Shown here one piece after another: positions 33,131-49,144 of a DNA stretch of 64,000 nt; the first letter of the stretch is position 1; every line of letters starts with the position of its first letter. Under the pieces are notes generated by a model that saw only the letters and a list, made by a program, of their open reading frames with translations, was not told where the DNA came from and did not search any database. The stretch comes from the human T2T-CHM13v2.0 reference genome, Homo sapiens, in the NCBI RefSeq assembly GCF_009914755.1, contig NC_060941.1. One strand, written 5' to 3'. Position numbers and translations under genes: made by a program.

Positions 33131-34879
33131 GTAGATGAGCCCCAGGAATAACCACTGCTTATGGTTTGTTTTATATCCCTCTAGATGTTTTTCTTTATAC
33201 ATATGTGTGTGTGTGTCTGTGTCTGTGTGTGTAGAGAGAGGGTGTGTGTTGTGTAAATTGGATTATACTACACATTAGTCCAACACTTACTCATTTCACG
33301 TTATCATTGGAATGTGAGCTCCGTGGGGACCAAGATTTTTGTTTATTTTGCTTGCTAACACATCTTTTGTCGATAACAGGGAGTGAAACATGGTCACATC
33401 GTGATAGAAGCTCAACAAATATTTGTTGAATGAATAAAGGAATATGTCTGAGACATCTTTACATTGCAACATTTGGAGAAATGATTCCTTTTTGTAAAGG
33501 TTACATAATACACATCAATGTATATAGCCATACTTCTACTGATAGATTTTAGGTTACTTGGGGTAAACAATAAAGTGAAGATCCTTATGCAATTTTTTGA
33601 CCACTAAAGGGGCTATTTCTGCATAAGGGTGGATCAAGATTCATTTGCAAATATGAGAGATCACTGTAGTTAAGCAGAAAGGGATTTAATCCAGGGCATT
33701 TGGTACTGGAAGGGCTGGAGAAGGCAGTAGGCTCTGTCCACTGAGCTTCCAGGAAGGGTTCCCAGAGCATCTCAATGCTGGTCCAGTAAAGGAGCTTCTG
33801 TTCCTGCCAGAATCAGGAAGTCTTTCTGTAGGTACATGCCCAGGTCCACCACTGCTGCCAAGATCTAGGATCAGCCTTGGGACCACACAGCCACAGGTGC
33901 AGTCCATGCCAGCACACCATGCTCTGTGCCTGCCTCATACTGCCCAGAAGATGATGGAACAGACCCAAGAATCTCCACTTCCCTGCCACAGAACAGCAAA
34001 TGCCTTCCCAGCCATGCTTGCCAGGAGAAGCTGCAGAAGGGCAGCCTTCTACTCCCTGTACCTTCCACATCCTCTGAGAAGGGGCCTGTTTGACAGAAAC
34101 TAGGCCACTTAATGAGCCAAGCTTTAAGGACTTTGGCAAATACACCCCTTAGCTTTCCAGTCTCATGTAAGTCAGTAAGTCACCCTTCAAAGAGACGAGG
34201 ATGGAATCAAGTGAGCCTGTCCTGAGATCTTCCACACATTGATTCCTAGAAAAGGAAAATGGAGTCCTAGAAAAGGAAGTGTATTTGACCTGTCCTGGCA
34301 CGTTGAAAAACTTGATAGACACATTGCCGTCAGTTTACCCTCCCACTCATAGCATGCAAGGTACTGTTTTCCCAGAATTTTCACACTCTATAAATTTTAA
34401 AGATTAAGTAAATGAACAATAATAACTTGATTTACTTTGTCCTTCAGTAAGGTTGAGCACTTCATATGTTTACAGACCGTTTATCTATCTTTTATATGTG
34501 TGAATGAAAACTTACATACTTTGCCTGTATTTATTTTGAGGTATTAGTCTTTTTCCTATTTGTAAGAAATCTTGATATATTGTGCTTTTTAACTTTTTTA
34601 TATGTAATGCTATTATTTTCTTTATCTTTGAACTTTGTTTGAAGTTATATTTTACTGAAGAAAAATGTTGCATCTTGTATTCAGTGCTTTCCTTTATGAT
34701 TTTAAGTGTTTTGTTTCCTGCCTTAAAAAGACCTTTCTAGCTATTAGATTATGAAAATATTCTTCCTTAACATCTTAAAGAAGTCTTTTATTTGTTCAGT
34801 CTTAAAACCCATAGAAACATGGGTTTGAATTTAAGTGATCTTTCCCTATCTTAACTGACTTCTGGACTCAGAAGTAAAT

Positions 34880-37050
<2,171 letters not shown>

Positions 37051-37327
37051 TTTGTTCAGCTCATTTCAAAAGCAAGATATAAAACTACTTTTGAAAACTG
37101 TACACCATTATATTTACGTGAGACATGGATACATGGAATTGTGTTTAATGCGATGTGGAGTAGGACCTCTAAGGGAAAGAATGCTTTGGAAAACCTCACA
37201 ATGGCTCTGCTCACTCATGTGCACAGACAGATGTACCAGGATATTCATTTCCTTATGCTTATATCAATATCAATGCCAGTATTGACAGAGAATCGATCAA
37301 ATAAATTATGGTAATGAAAATAGCTAA

Positions 37328-37870
<543 letters not shown>

Positions 37871-38039
37871 TCCCATGAGAAGCCACCAAAAAGGTTAGAG
37901 AATGACCAGTAAGTGAAAGAAGCAAAACGGTATGCAAAGCAATGGAATCCTGTGATAACATTTGTGTTTTTAGAATAACAGAGGGTTTTTCTTCAAGGGT
38001 TTTCCTTGAATAATATCACTCTCACCTGCATTCTGAAAT

Positions 38040-40852
38040 GCTTTTTTTTAATGGTGGTAAAACAAATACACCATGAAAACTACCCTCTTAACAAATTTTT
38101 AAGTACGGTTAACTATAAGCACAATGTTGTACAGCAGATCTCCAGAAACTTTTTCTAAAATTTCAACTTTATTTCAGATTCAGGGTACATGTGCAGGTTT
38201 GTTACATGGGTATATTGTGGGATGCTGAGGTTTGGGGTACAATTGATCCCATCATCCAGGTGGTGAGCATAGTATCCAATAGGTAGTTTTTCAACCTTTG
38301 CCCCCCACCCCATTCTACCACTCTCCAATGTCTATTGTTGCCATCTTTTTGTCCTCTAGAACTTTTTTATCTTGCTTGACTGAAACTGTACCCACTGAAC
38401 AACTCCCCACTTGCCCTCCCCACAACCTCTGGCAGCCACCACTCTACTCTCTGCTTCTGTGAGTTTGACTACTTTAGATTCTTCACTGATACGGTTTCGC
38501 TCTGTGTCCCCACCCAAATCTCATCTCGAATTGTAATCTCCATAATCCCCATGTGTCTAGGGAGGGACTTGGTGGGAAGTGATGGGGTCCATTTCCCCCA
38601 TGCTGTTCTTGTGATAGTGAGTGCTCACGAGATCTGATGGTTTTATAAGTGTTTGACAGTTCCTGGTTTTATAAGTGTTTGACAGTTCCTCCTCCACATG
38701 CACTCTGTCTTTCTCTGTCCCCGCCTTCCCCCACCTTCCTCCTGCCACCTTGTGAAGAAGGTGCCTATTTCCCTTTCTACCATGATTGTAAGTCTCCTAA
38801 AGCCTCCTCAGCCATGTGAAACTGTGAGTCAATTAAACCTCTTTATAAATTCCCAGTCTCAGGGAAGGTCTTTATAGCCACGTGAAAACTGACTAATAGT
38901 GTAAATTTGTAGCAGTAGAGTCAGGTACTGCTATAAAGATAGCCTGAAAATGTGGAAGTGACTTTGGAACTGGGTAACAGGCAGAGGTTAGAACAGTTTG
39001 GAGGGCTCAGAACAAGATAGGAAGATGTGGGAAAGTTTGGAACTTGCTAGAGATTTGTTGAATGGTTTTGACCAAAATGCTGATACGATGTGGAAAATGA
39101 AGTCCAGGGTGAGGTGGTCTCAGATGGGGTTGAGGAACTTATTGGGATCTGGAGCAAAGGTCACTCTTGCTGTCTTTTAGCAAAGAGACTGATGGCATTT
39201 TGCCCCTGCCTTAGAGATCTGTGGAACTTTGAACTTGAGAGAAATGATCTGAAATTGGAACTTATGTTTCAAAGGGAAGCAGAGCATAAAAGTTTGGAAT
39301 ATTTGCAGCCTGACAGTACAATAGAAATGAAAAACCAACTTTCTGGAGAGATACTCAGACCAGCTGCAGAAATTTACATAACAAGGAGCCGAATGTTAAT
39401 CACCAAAACAGTGGGAAAAAATGTCCCCAGGACATGTCAGAGATCTTGGTGGCAGCCTGTCCCATCACAGGCCCAGAGACCTAGGAGTTAAAAATGGTTT
39501 TGTGGCCTGGGCCCAGGGCCGCCCTGCTCTGTGCAGCCTTGGGACTTGGTGCCCTGTGTCCCAGCTGCTCTAGCTCCAGTGGTGGCTAGAAGGGGCCAAT
39601 GTACAGCTTGGGCCATTGCTTCAGAGGGTGCAAGCCCCAAGTCTTGGTGGCTTCCATGTGGTGTTGGACCTGTGGGTACACAGAAGTCAAGAACTGAGGT
39701 TTAGGAACCTCTGTCTAGATTTCAGAGGATGTATGGAAATGCCTGGATGACCAGGCAGAAGTCTGCTGCAGGGATGGAACCCTCATGGAGATCCCCTGCT
39801 AGGGCAGGGCAAAAGAGAAATGTGAGGTTGGTGCCCCCACACAGAACCCCCCTGGGGCACTGCCTAGTGGAGCTGTGAGAAGAGGGACACTGTCCTCCAG
39901 ACCCCAGAATGGTAGATCCACTGACAGTGTGTACCGTGCACCCAGAAAAACCACAGGCACTCAACACCAGCCCGTGAAAGCAGCTAGAAGGGGTGTTGTA
40001 CCCTGTAAAGCCACAGGGATGGAGCTGCCGAAGACCATAGGAGCCTACCCCTTGGATCAGTGTGACCTGATGTGAGACATGGAGTCAAGGAGATCGTTTC
40101 AGAGCTTTAAGATTTGATGACTGCCCCACTGGGTTTTGGACTTGCCTGGGGCCTGTGGCTTCTTTATTTTGGTCAATTTCTCCCATTTGGAACAGGAGCA
40201 TTTATTCAATGCCTGTACTCCCATTGTATCTTGGAGGTAACTGACTTGTTTTTATAGCAGTGTGAAGTGGACTAATATACTCACATACATGGAATCATGC
40301 AACATTTGTCCTTCTGTGACCGGCTTCTTTGACTTAGCATAATGTCTTCAAGGCTCATTTATGTTGTAGCATGAGACAGGATTTCCTTTTTATGGGTGAA
40401 TATCTCCATTTTATGGGTAATAATATTCCATTGTATATTATGTACCATCTTTTCTTCATCCATTCATCTGGTGGTGGACACTTGGGTTGCATCCACCTCT
40501 TAGCTTTTGTGAATAACACTGCAATGATCATGAGAGTGCAAATATCTCTTTGAGATTCTGTTTTCAATTCTTTGGGATAAATACCTAGAAGTGGCATTGC
40601 TGGATCATTTGGTAGTTCTATTGTTATGTTTTTGAGGAACCTCCATACTGTTTTCCATAATGGCTACACCATTGTACGCTCTCATGAACAGTGCACAAGG
40701 GTTTCTCTGCCTCCTCACCAGCACTTGTTTTTTTCTGGGTTTTGATGATGGCCTTCCTAACAGGTGTGAGGTGGCATGTCACTGTGGTTTTGATTTGCAT
40801 TTCCCTGATGATTAGTGATGTTGAGCATCTTTTCATATACTTGTTGGCCATT
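38040..40852 (-). mobile_element. L1MA/MB 3' end, interrupted by a younger L1P 3' fragment (~38152-38355) and a MaLR element
   Basis: Host L1 sequence resumes at 40280 after the LTR element. Confidence 0.8.
38487..40279 (+). mobile_element. MaLR (MSTA/THE1-type): 5' LTR (38487-~38898), internal region and truncated 3' LTR
   Basis: Starts TGATACGGTTTCGCTCTGTGTCCCCACCCAAATCTC; typical internal sequence; ends TTTATAGCAGTGTGAAGTGGACTAATATA; TSD TTCAC/CTCAC. Confidence 0.9.
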
Positions 40853-41200
40853 CAAAATAAAATGCTTTTACACACGTCCTTGAATATACAGAGAACATTC
40901 CAGGAAAGATATTCACAAAGCTGATTAGTAATGAGTACTCTTGGGAAGGAGAACTGGGGTGCAGGAGTGAAAGGGAGACTTTCTCTTCACTATTTGCCCT
41001 TTTTGTTTCTTTTGAGGATTGTGTCTATTGCATATATTACCTATTTGAATAAATGAGTTAATTAAAAACTCCCCCAGTTATTCCACTGTGTTTAAGAACT
41101 GTTGGACACACACACGCGTGTGCACACACACACGCACCTGTGTTGGTGCTGTTCTTGATGTTACAAGCTCACCATTCTGTTGCCCCACTGGTTTTTACAG

Positions 41201-41282
41201 AGGCATCTGGCTTAGAGCAGTGTGCGGTCGGCCAGCAAAGGGATGACTCAATGCTTGGACCTTCCTGACCTTCCCCTTACAG
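41201..41282 (+). pseudogene. SPECC1: SPECC1 pseudo-exon F
   Basis: ttttacag|RHLA*SSVRSASKGMTQCLDLPDLPLT|gtaaat; TAG at 41213-41215. Confidence 0.9.
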
Positions 41283-41464
41283 GTAAATTACATAAACATA
41301 AAAGACTTTTGACTTACTGCAGTTTCAACCCCAGAATAATGGACGTGTCATGGACGTTAGATCCAGCAGTGCAGCTGACACAAGGAATAAGTGTCTTATC
41401 TCCTGCCAGCTGCACCTCTCAGTGTGCTTGTGCTAGGGAGACAGAAACTTTGTTGCTGATTTTT

Positions 41465-41580
41465 TTAAAGACATAGGGTCTTGCCTTGTTGCCCAGGCTG
41501 GTCTTGAACTCCTGGCCTCAAGCAATCCTCTCACCTAAGCCTCCCAAAGCACTGAGATGTGAACTACCATGCTTGGCCAA
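41465..41580 (-). mobile_element. Alu monomer fragment
   Basis: Short diverged Alu arm. Confidence 0.75.
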
Positions 41581-42124
41581 AAAAACCATTCTTTTAGTTG
41601 CCAAGATGCATACTAAAGTTGAGACCACAACAACTATTGCCCTGAAGTAAATACCTCATTGACAGTACTCCTCACTTAGCCCCCTCCAGGCACCGGTCTG
41701 CTTGGATGATTCTATTTACTGTAATAAAGGATCACAGTGACAATTGCTTGCTTCCAGCAATCACCAGAAGTTGCTTGTCAACATTGAGATCATCAGAAGC
41801 TGCAGAAACAGGGATTAATGGGCTGTTTTTGTTGTTCTCTTTAGTGATGTAAATACTGTTTTTCTCTGCTATTTAGAGCTAATTAGCCCCACTCCCAACT
41901 TTAGTACCCATAATTGGTGGCTGTGAGCTGTAGAAGGATTGTTTTCTTCCGTGACTGTTTGTGGGTCATGGGCAGCAACTGTGGGCCTGGTCTCTGGCTT
42001 GCTATGTAGCTCTAAACAAAGCACTTAGTTCTCTCAGCTCCAGTTTCCCCTATAACTATAAACTAGACAATCTTGAAAGGTTTATCCTGTTCTATATTTT
42101 TATGGTCCTTTACGAAATATCATC

Positions 42125-42262
42125 TGACCAGGTATCATGGCATGCTCCTATAGTCCTAGCTACTCAGAAGGCTGAGGTGGGAGGATCACTTGAGCCCAGG
42201 AGGTTAAGTCCAAATCCAGCCTAGGCAACATAGCGAAATTCCATATCTAAAAAAGAAAAAGA
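42125..42262 (+). mobile_element. FLAM/Alu monomer
   Basis: Single arm with A-rich tail. Confidence 0.75.
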
Positions 42263-42344
42263 AATATCACCTGGAGGATTCAGTCTATTTCATTATCTGT
42301 TTTGATTGTGACTAATATGACAGCAGAAAGAGCCTTGAAAGAAT

Positions 42345-42784
42345 TAAGGGAGGAGACCACCCCTCATATTGTCTTATGCCCAATTTCTGCCTCCAAAGAA
42401 AGAAGAAGTGAAAACTAAAAGGCAGAAATGAAATCCACAGACAGCCCGGCACCACACCCTGGGCCTGGTAGTTAAAAAATCGACCCCTGACCTAATCGGT
42501 TATTTGCATAAGAAAAGCACTGTGAAGATCCGTGTCCTGTTGTGTTCTGTTCTAATTACTGGTGTATGCAACCCCCAGTCAGGTACCCCCTGCTTGCTCA
42601 ATCGATCACGACCCTCTCATGCGGACCCCCTTAGAGTTGTGAGCCCTTAAAAGGGACAGGAATTGCTTACTCAGGGAGCTCGGCTTTTGAGACAGGAGTC
42701 TTGCTGATGCTCCCGGACGAATAAACCCCTTCCTTCTTTAACTCAGTGTCTGAGGGGTTTTGTCTGCAGCTCTTATCTGCTACA
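42345..42784 (+). mobile_element. LTR2-family solo LTR (HERV-E/Harlequin)
   Basis: TAAGGGAGGAGACCACCCCTCATATTGTC…CTGCTACA; AATAAA at 42720; 4-bp TSD GAAT. Confidence 0.88.
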
Positions 42785-43290
42785 GAATGATTTCTGCTTT
42801 TTTATTGAACCAGGCCCTGTGGCTGGAATGGCCTTTCTCACGTAAAAAGGTTCTTCTTGGTTCCCAGTTTCCTTCTTGCCTGCCGCTGCCTGTGACCTGG
42901 TCATCACATGAGGCATTTTCCTGCCACTCTCTCTCTCTCTGATGTCTGTCAATTAAAACATTACCTGGGGGCAGGTAATGTCTTTCCCCAGGTAAGGGCA
43001 ATTTCATAAGGCCCTTAGAAAGGTGCATGCTGGGTTTAATGCTCTGATGACATCGTCTTGAAATTCACAATAATTTTTGAACAAGGGTTGATTTGCATAT
43101 AGATCCTATAAAGGAAGTGGTGGTCCTGCCTGGAGAATCCACGTCCCTATTGCATTTTCATTACATCGGAAGCATATATATGTTTATACTTGAGGATAAA
43201 ATGAGAACTGTGTTGTACTGGAGAATGATGTTTGATGGCAATTAAGAGCCTCTTCTTCAGGAATAGGTGATTATGTGGTCGTTCCCACAG

Positions 43291-43472
43291 ATCTTCGAAA
43301 GGGAAGGACCTAGGAACTGAAGCCAGACCCCCACCTCTGCAAGAGTTCCTTGCTGGAGTCACTCAGCAGACCCCCACTCTCTGGACTTTGGGGACATGAG
43401 ACTGCTGAGCACCTCCACCAGAGGGAAAGTGGAAGTGGCCCCAAGAAAGAGGGAACCACGAAGCAGTTTCAG
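43291..43472 (+). pseudogene. SPECC1: SPECC1 pseudo-exon G
   Basis: cccacag|LRKGRT*ELKPDPHLCKSSLLESLSRPP, frameshift, SLDFGDMRLLSTSTR, a short insertion, then ...cag|gtatca; TAG at 43311-43313. Confidence 0.88.
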
Positions 43473-43638
43473 GTATCATGTCTCAAACAGTAAGAAATCA
43501 GAAAAACATAGGGCTTATCAGCTTTGATTGTTCCTTCTGTTTTGTCCTCCTGGACAATTGACTTCGACAAATATTTGCTGCATGAAAATAATTAAGATGC
43601 AGTGCCCGTCTTCAGTGAGTTTAAAAGGAAGATGCTGG

Positions 43639-43935
43639 ACAGTAAGTAGTGTCAAGATGAAATTAAGAGCTGTAAAAATACAATACTAAATAGGCAAAGT
43701 ACTTGAGAGTTGTTAGTTGGCATAAGAAGTGTAGAGAGAAGTAGAAGTTCAGGGAATGTGGGTGGTAATGTGTGTCTGGACTAGACTGTGGGCTTCCTAA
43801 GGCCAGGGACTCTGCCATATATATGCATGGTAGGCTCTCTGTCAGTATTTGTTGGGTGGATGGATAGGTGACTAGGACATTCCAGCTGGAAGGCAGGTTG
43901 GAGCCATATTGCAAATCTTCATTGCTAAGGAAGAG
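43639..43935 (+). repeat. Counterpart of the inverted repeat at 7114-7414 (within probable L2 remnant)
   Basis: Reverse-complement alignment by eye. Confidence 0.95.
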
Positions 43936-44648
43936 GTTTGTGCTTTGTTTTGATAAAGCACTGAGGAGCCACCAAGTTTGTGGGATTTTGTTCCTGTTTT
44001 TGAGTTATGGTACAGTGAGATTGGACCCATATTTTAAGGAGGAGTCATGAGAAAACAGTGGCATGTAAGGATTAGAGAGGTATTTTGAAATCAGTGTTTA
44101 AGGAGGACTTTTGCAGGGATGTGAAGGAGGGCTTGGCAGAGGGCAGGACTGCAAGGCCAACAGGGTGGTCACTAAGAGCTGGTCTTTGCTGCCACACCTC
44201 TGTCACCTCCTCCCTTTTCAGTGCCCCTGGTCACCCAGGTTACAGCAAACCTCTTTCAACTGTTTCCTCTCTCATGTCTTCCTGCTTCTTCATGTTGGTT
44301 GATCTTCTGAAGCACTGAGCACATACTGCTGCAGACCTTGCAGAAATTTCCCATGACTCTGTCCTCTGCACTCCTCATCCTGATCTTCTAGATGCTCCAC
44401 TACTTAGCACCACCCCTGCCCACCTGCCAGAATGGCCCAGCCTCTCCCTCCACCTGAACCTGTTTTAGTCCGTGCCATAGCAATATTGCACAAGCATATT
44501 TGAGTGTAAGTCTTTGTGTATAAGGTTCTAACTTGAATTGTCCTCCTTTTGTCCTTTCACACTCTAAATACTGTTCTCTTTATTTAAAGGTCAAAACTTT
44601 CATGAAGTTATAGCTAACACCTGGCAGCATTGACATCTCCCTTCTCCC

Positions 44649-44961
44649 TTCTTTTTTCTTTTTCTTTTCTTTTTTTTTTTTTTTGAGACAGATCCTCACT
44701 CTGTCACCAAGGCTGGAGTACAGTGGCATGATCTGGGCTCACTGGAACCTCTGCCTCCTGGGTTCAAGTGATTCTCATGCCTCAGCCTCCTGAGTAGCTG
44801 GGATTATAAAGGCATGCACCATGACACCCAGCTAATTTTTGTATTTTTTTTAGTAGAGACAGGATTTCACCATTTTGGCTAGGCTGGTCTCAAACTCCTG
44901 ATCTGCCCACTTCAGCCTCCCAAAACGCTGGGATTGCAGGTGTGAGCCTCCATTCCTGGCC
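44649..44961 (-). mobile_element. AluS
   Basis: TSD ACATCTCCCTTCTC. Confidence 0.93.
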
Positions 44962-45257
44962 AACATCTCCCTTCTCTGACTTTGGTGTCTTACGCTATTT
45001 CAGGTGTTTAATTTCTGTACTGCTTTGTGGTGTGGATAACTTCTGCACAATATATGCCTTAATCTCCATTTATGCTGTAATTTAGTGGACAGTAAATGTT
45101 CAGCTTACCTTTGGTATCTCTCCCAGCCCCTTGCATTGTGCAACACACATAACATTTCACTCAGTAAAACTTACGAATGAGTATGCTCATTCATATACAA
45201 TATGAATGTATTGTTTATTTATCAGTATACAAAATTGGCTACTTTTGGAGTAATAGC

Positions 45258-45349
45258 TTTTTTTTTTTTTTTTTTTTGGGAGACAGAGTCTCACTGCAAC
45301 CTCTGCCTCGGGTTCAAGCAATTCTCCTGCCTCAGCCTCCTAAGTAGCT
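45258..45349 (-). mobile_element. 5'-truncated, internally deleted Alu
   Basis: TSD AGTA(A/G)TAGCTTTTT. Confidence 0.8.
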
Positions 45350-45799
45350 AGTAGTAGCTTTTTAATACATATTATCATTACTAATAAGGGTACTATCAAA
45401 GGATTTATGAAAGTCTGAATGAATAAGCTAGGACTTATTGTTATACCTTTGGATGTAGCCTATATTTGCACGCAAATAGATGAAGTCATATATTTTAGAG
45501 GTTTAATTTAAAGCCCCAGATATTACATATTGTCCTGTTTATGTGCGCGAGATTTAAATAATCAAAAGAGGTTTTAAAAACCAGAATTAGTGCTATTCTA
45601 AAATTCTCCTTTTCATTATACCAGAAATGCATACAGGAAGGCTATGGGTATATTAATATGCTACTGATATTTTATCTTTCATAGTGAAAAGTTAAATTAG
45701 TAAAATCAATTTATTTCAATTTTACATTTATCTCATTGAGATAAAGCAATGGCAGGATATCTGGTATTTTTAATATGCCCTTCCAATATACCTTGAAAA

Positions 45800-45961
45800 A
45801 TTTTTTTTTATTTTTTAGAGATGGGGGTCTCGCTCTGTTGCCCAGGCTGGAGTGCAGTGGTATAATCATAATTCACTACATCCTTGAACTGGCCTCAAGC
45901 AGTCCTCCCACCTCAGCCTCCTGAATAGCTGGGACTACAGGTGTGCGCTACCATGCCCAGC

Positions 45962-45992
<31 letters not shown>

Positions 45993-46113
45993 TTTCAGAG
46001 TTGAGGTCTCACTATGTTTCCCAGGCTGGTTTCAAGCTCCTGGGCTCAGGTAATCCTCCTGCCTCAGCTTTCCAAAGTGCTGGGATTACAGGCGTGAGCC
46101 ACTGTGCTGTGCC
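45800..46113 (-). mobile_element. AluJ
   Basis: Diverged Alu with a (TTTA)n linker. Confidence 0.88.
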
Positions 46114-46516
46114 AGTCTCTACCTTTTAAATTTATTTAGATACTGATGTAGTCTTGAAAGCTGTAGAATGCTTTTGTATAGATATCCTTAATTCAAATGA
46201 GATTGAATTAAAGGTTCTAGCCTGAATTATATTTACACAAATAAAAGACTAGATGGATGAGCAACAGATGGATTTTAAAACAAAATGTAGCAAAACTCTC
46301 CCCAGACTCATGACAGTCAGGAGGCACAATTTCATGTTTGTTTCACACTGTGAGACATCAAATACATTATTAATGTAACTAATGTGGTTGTTTCTTCAGA
46401 TTCTGGCTGAATAAACCAGACATTTGCTTTTCTAAAGTAGGTATTTATTTCTTGTGAATTTGAGGATTCTAAACATTAGCATCTTCTCCTTAACATGTGC
46501 TCTTCTCTCTAACCAG

Positions 46517-46619
46517 TGTGGAAAGAAGAAACCCTCTGGTGGCCTTGGCCCGGGAATATGGCGGTTTCAAGTGCAATGCTGTACTGAAATGGTACCAGAA
46601 GAAGACAGAAGGTTACATG
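46517..46619 (+). pseudogene. SPECC1: SPECC1 pseudo-exon H (start of calponin-homology domain)
   Basis: aaccag|[35 protein letters not shown]|gtaagg; frame and splice sites are intact. Confidence 0.93.
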
Positions 46620-46858
46620 GTAAGGGACAATGTCAGCCAGCTTCCACCAGCCCTGGGCAGTAGTAGGCCTGTGCCAGTACATGTTCCATGTGTGCCTGTG
46701 CTTGGTGGACCAATATGCATGTAATTATCATCTTTCTGTTCTCCTAGACAGAGAGGCATATGCAACGGGAAGCCAGTTTGCACTCCACCCACCAAACATA
46801 TGGGTGCATGCAGAGCTGCATCTCCCTAGGGAAGGGGGACCTTTTCCTTTGCTCAAAG

Positions 46859-47440
46859 TGTTACCGATCATGGGTTCTTAGGCTCTTGATGCAATAGAAA
46901 TTCTCACCAGGCCAAAAGAGTTTTCCTAGCAAGGCTTTATTGGAGCATATGCCCAGGCACAAGGGAGGAAGCACAGGAGAGGGAGGATTCTCTGGCTGAC
47001 TCCCTGAAATGAGCTGATAGGGATTTCTTTTATTAGGCAATGTGCGGAAATTGATGTCAAGGTAGGGAATGCGGGCTGGGCAGGGTAGAGAACGTGAGGG
47101 GGAGGGGACATGGGTCAGCTTATCTGCTGGCAATGGTTGTCTTGAGTAATGGGCCATCTGGTGCTCTGGTTAGTGGCAGCAAGGCTGTATGAATCAGTTG
47201 TTTAGCATTCCTTCCTGAGGTGGGATACTTGCAACCTTGGTTGGATATTTTGGATCTCCTAAGGCCAGTTCCTGTAATCCTTTAAGTAAAAGGCAAGGTT
47301 TAACATTATGAGAGCACCGAAGAACAATATAGAATGGCTGTTTTCTTTGCGTGACTGTTAGTGGGTATGGCGTCAGTGAGGTAGTGGTGTGGGTTTTGTG
47401 ATCAGTGGGAATGCATGAAAGAATGCTGTAGTGGGGCCTC
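46859..47440 (-). mobile_element. Probable ERV1-class LTR (family unassigned)
   Basis: TGTTACC… start and an antisense AATAAA near 47028; boundaries uncertain. Confidence 0.45.
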
Positions 47441-47719
47441 CACCCAAGGAGACAGCTTTTGCTAAATTACACTCCCAAAGAAGAGTGCTTTGCCTAATTC
47501 ATATAAAGGCCCTACATAAATGAGCCTCCAAAACTTCTCCAAATATTTTCTTTCTGTTGCTTTCAGAGTTGTTTGCATTTAGTTTAAAGAGTTTTTGTTT
47601 ACTACGACAGTATCTGTTTTCTGTTCAGAAAAGGAATTAATACCTGGTATAAGTTTAAGTTTTTTGTGCGTGTGAAACACTATACACAAAGATAAAAATG
47701 CACAAAATATAAACTATAG

Positions 47720-48043
<324 letters not shown>

Positions 48044-48292
48044 TGAACTAGGAGGAAGTGAAAAGTCACACAGTCACCACTCACATCCAGAAGAAGAGCA
48101 TCGCCAGCTCCCACAGACCTTTCCTACAACTTTCCCATCATAACCCCTCACTACTCCCTAAGATAACCATTGTCCTCAATTATTCTCCTTATGGATTTTC
48201 ACAAAAGTATGCAGCCCTGAATATTATGTTAGTATTGCTTGCATTTGAATTTTATTATAAATGGAATTTTAAAAACTGTGTAATTTTGCATG

Positions 48293-48398
48293 TTTTTTTT
48301 TTTTTTTTGGTTTTAGGGAGCGGAAAGTTTAATAGGCAAGAAGGATGGGAGAAGGCAGAAAATGGAGGCTCCCCTGTACAGAGACAGAGGGAGGGGAG
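48293..48398 (-). mobile_element. Short polyadenylated LTR-like insert
   Basis: Minus strand reads CTCCCCTCCCTCTGTCTCTGTACAGGGGAGC…CTTGCCT-ATTAAA-(19 nt)-A16. Confidence 0.65.
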
Positions 48399-49144
48399 CT
48401 TTTTTTTACACAGTATTGAATCAGTGAGATTTATTCATGTTGTCACCTATACTGTAATTTGTTCATTTTCTTCACCATTTAGTAACCCATTGTAGGATTA
48501 TAGCATTATTTAGTTACCCATTCTATTATTGATAGATCGTTGAGTCAAGTCCAGTTTGGGGCTAAGGTGAATAGCGCTGTTATGTTCATGTCGATGTCTC
48601 TTGAAACACATATGTGCTTGTTCCTGTTGGTTACATCCTTCAGAATGGAATTCCTGGGCCTTAGGGTATGCATACATTCTAGGATAGTACCAAACAGATG
48701 CCTGAAATATTTGTATAATTTATGTCTTTTCAGCAATTTATGAGAGGTCAATTTCTGTGCATTTTCATCAACACTTGGTAGCATCAGTCTTTTTACTGGA
48801 GGTCATGTGGGTAATGTGTAGTAGTGTCTCATTGTGGTTTTGATTTGCATTTTTCTTTTGGCAGTGGAGATTGAGCACCTTTTCATATGCAAATTGGCCA
48901 TGTGGATAGTCCCTTTTGGGATGCACCTGCTCAGGTTTTTTGCCCACTTTGTTTGTTTGGTGGTGGGGAGCGGGGGTATTGGCTCTGTAAACAGCATATG
49001 AACTTTTGTCCATTTTAAGAATCAGATGTCATTCTCTTCCTTATTGCTTTTAAGAATTCTTTATATATTCTCCATGTAAGTCCTTTGTCAAATACATATA
49101 TGGCAAATACCTTCTTCCAGTGTGCCTTAAATTTTCTTCTTTTG

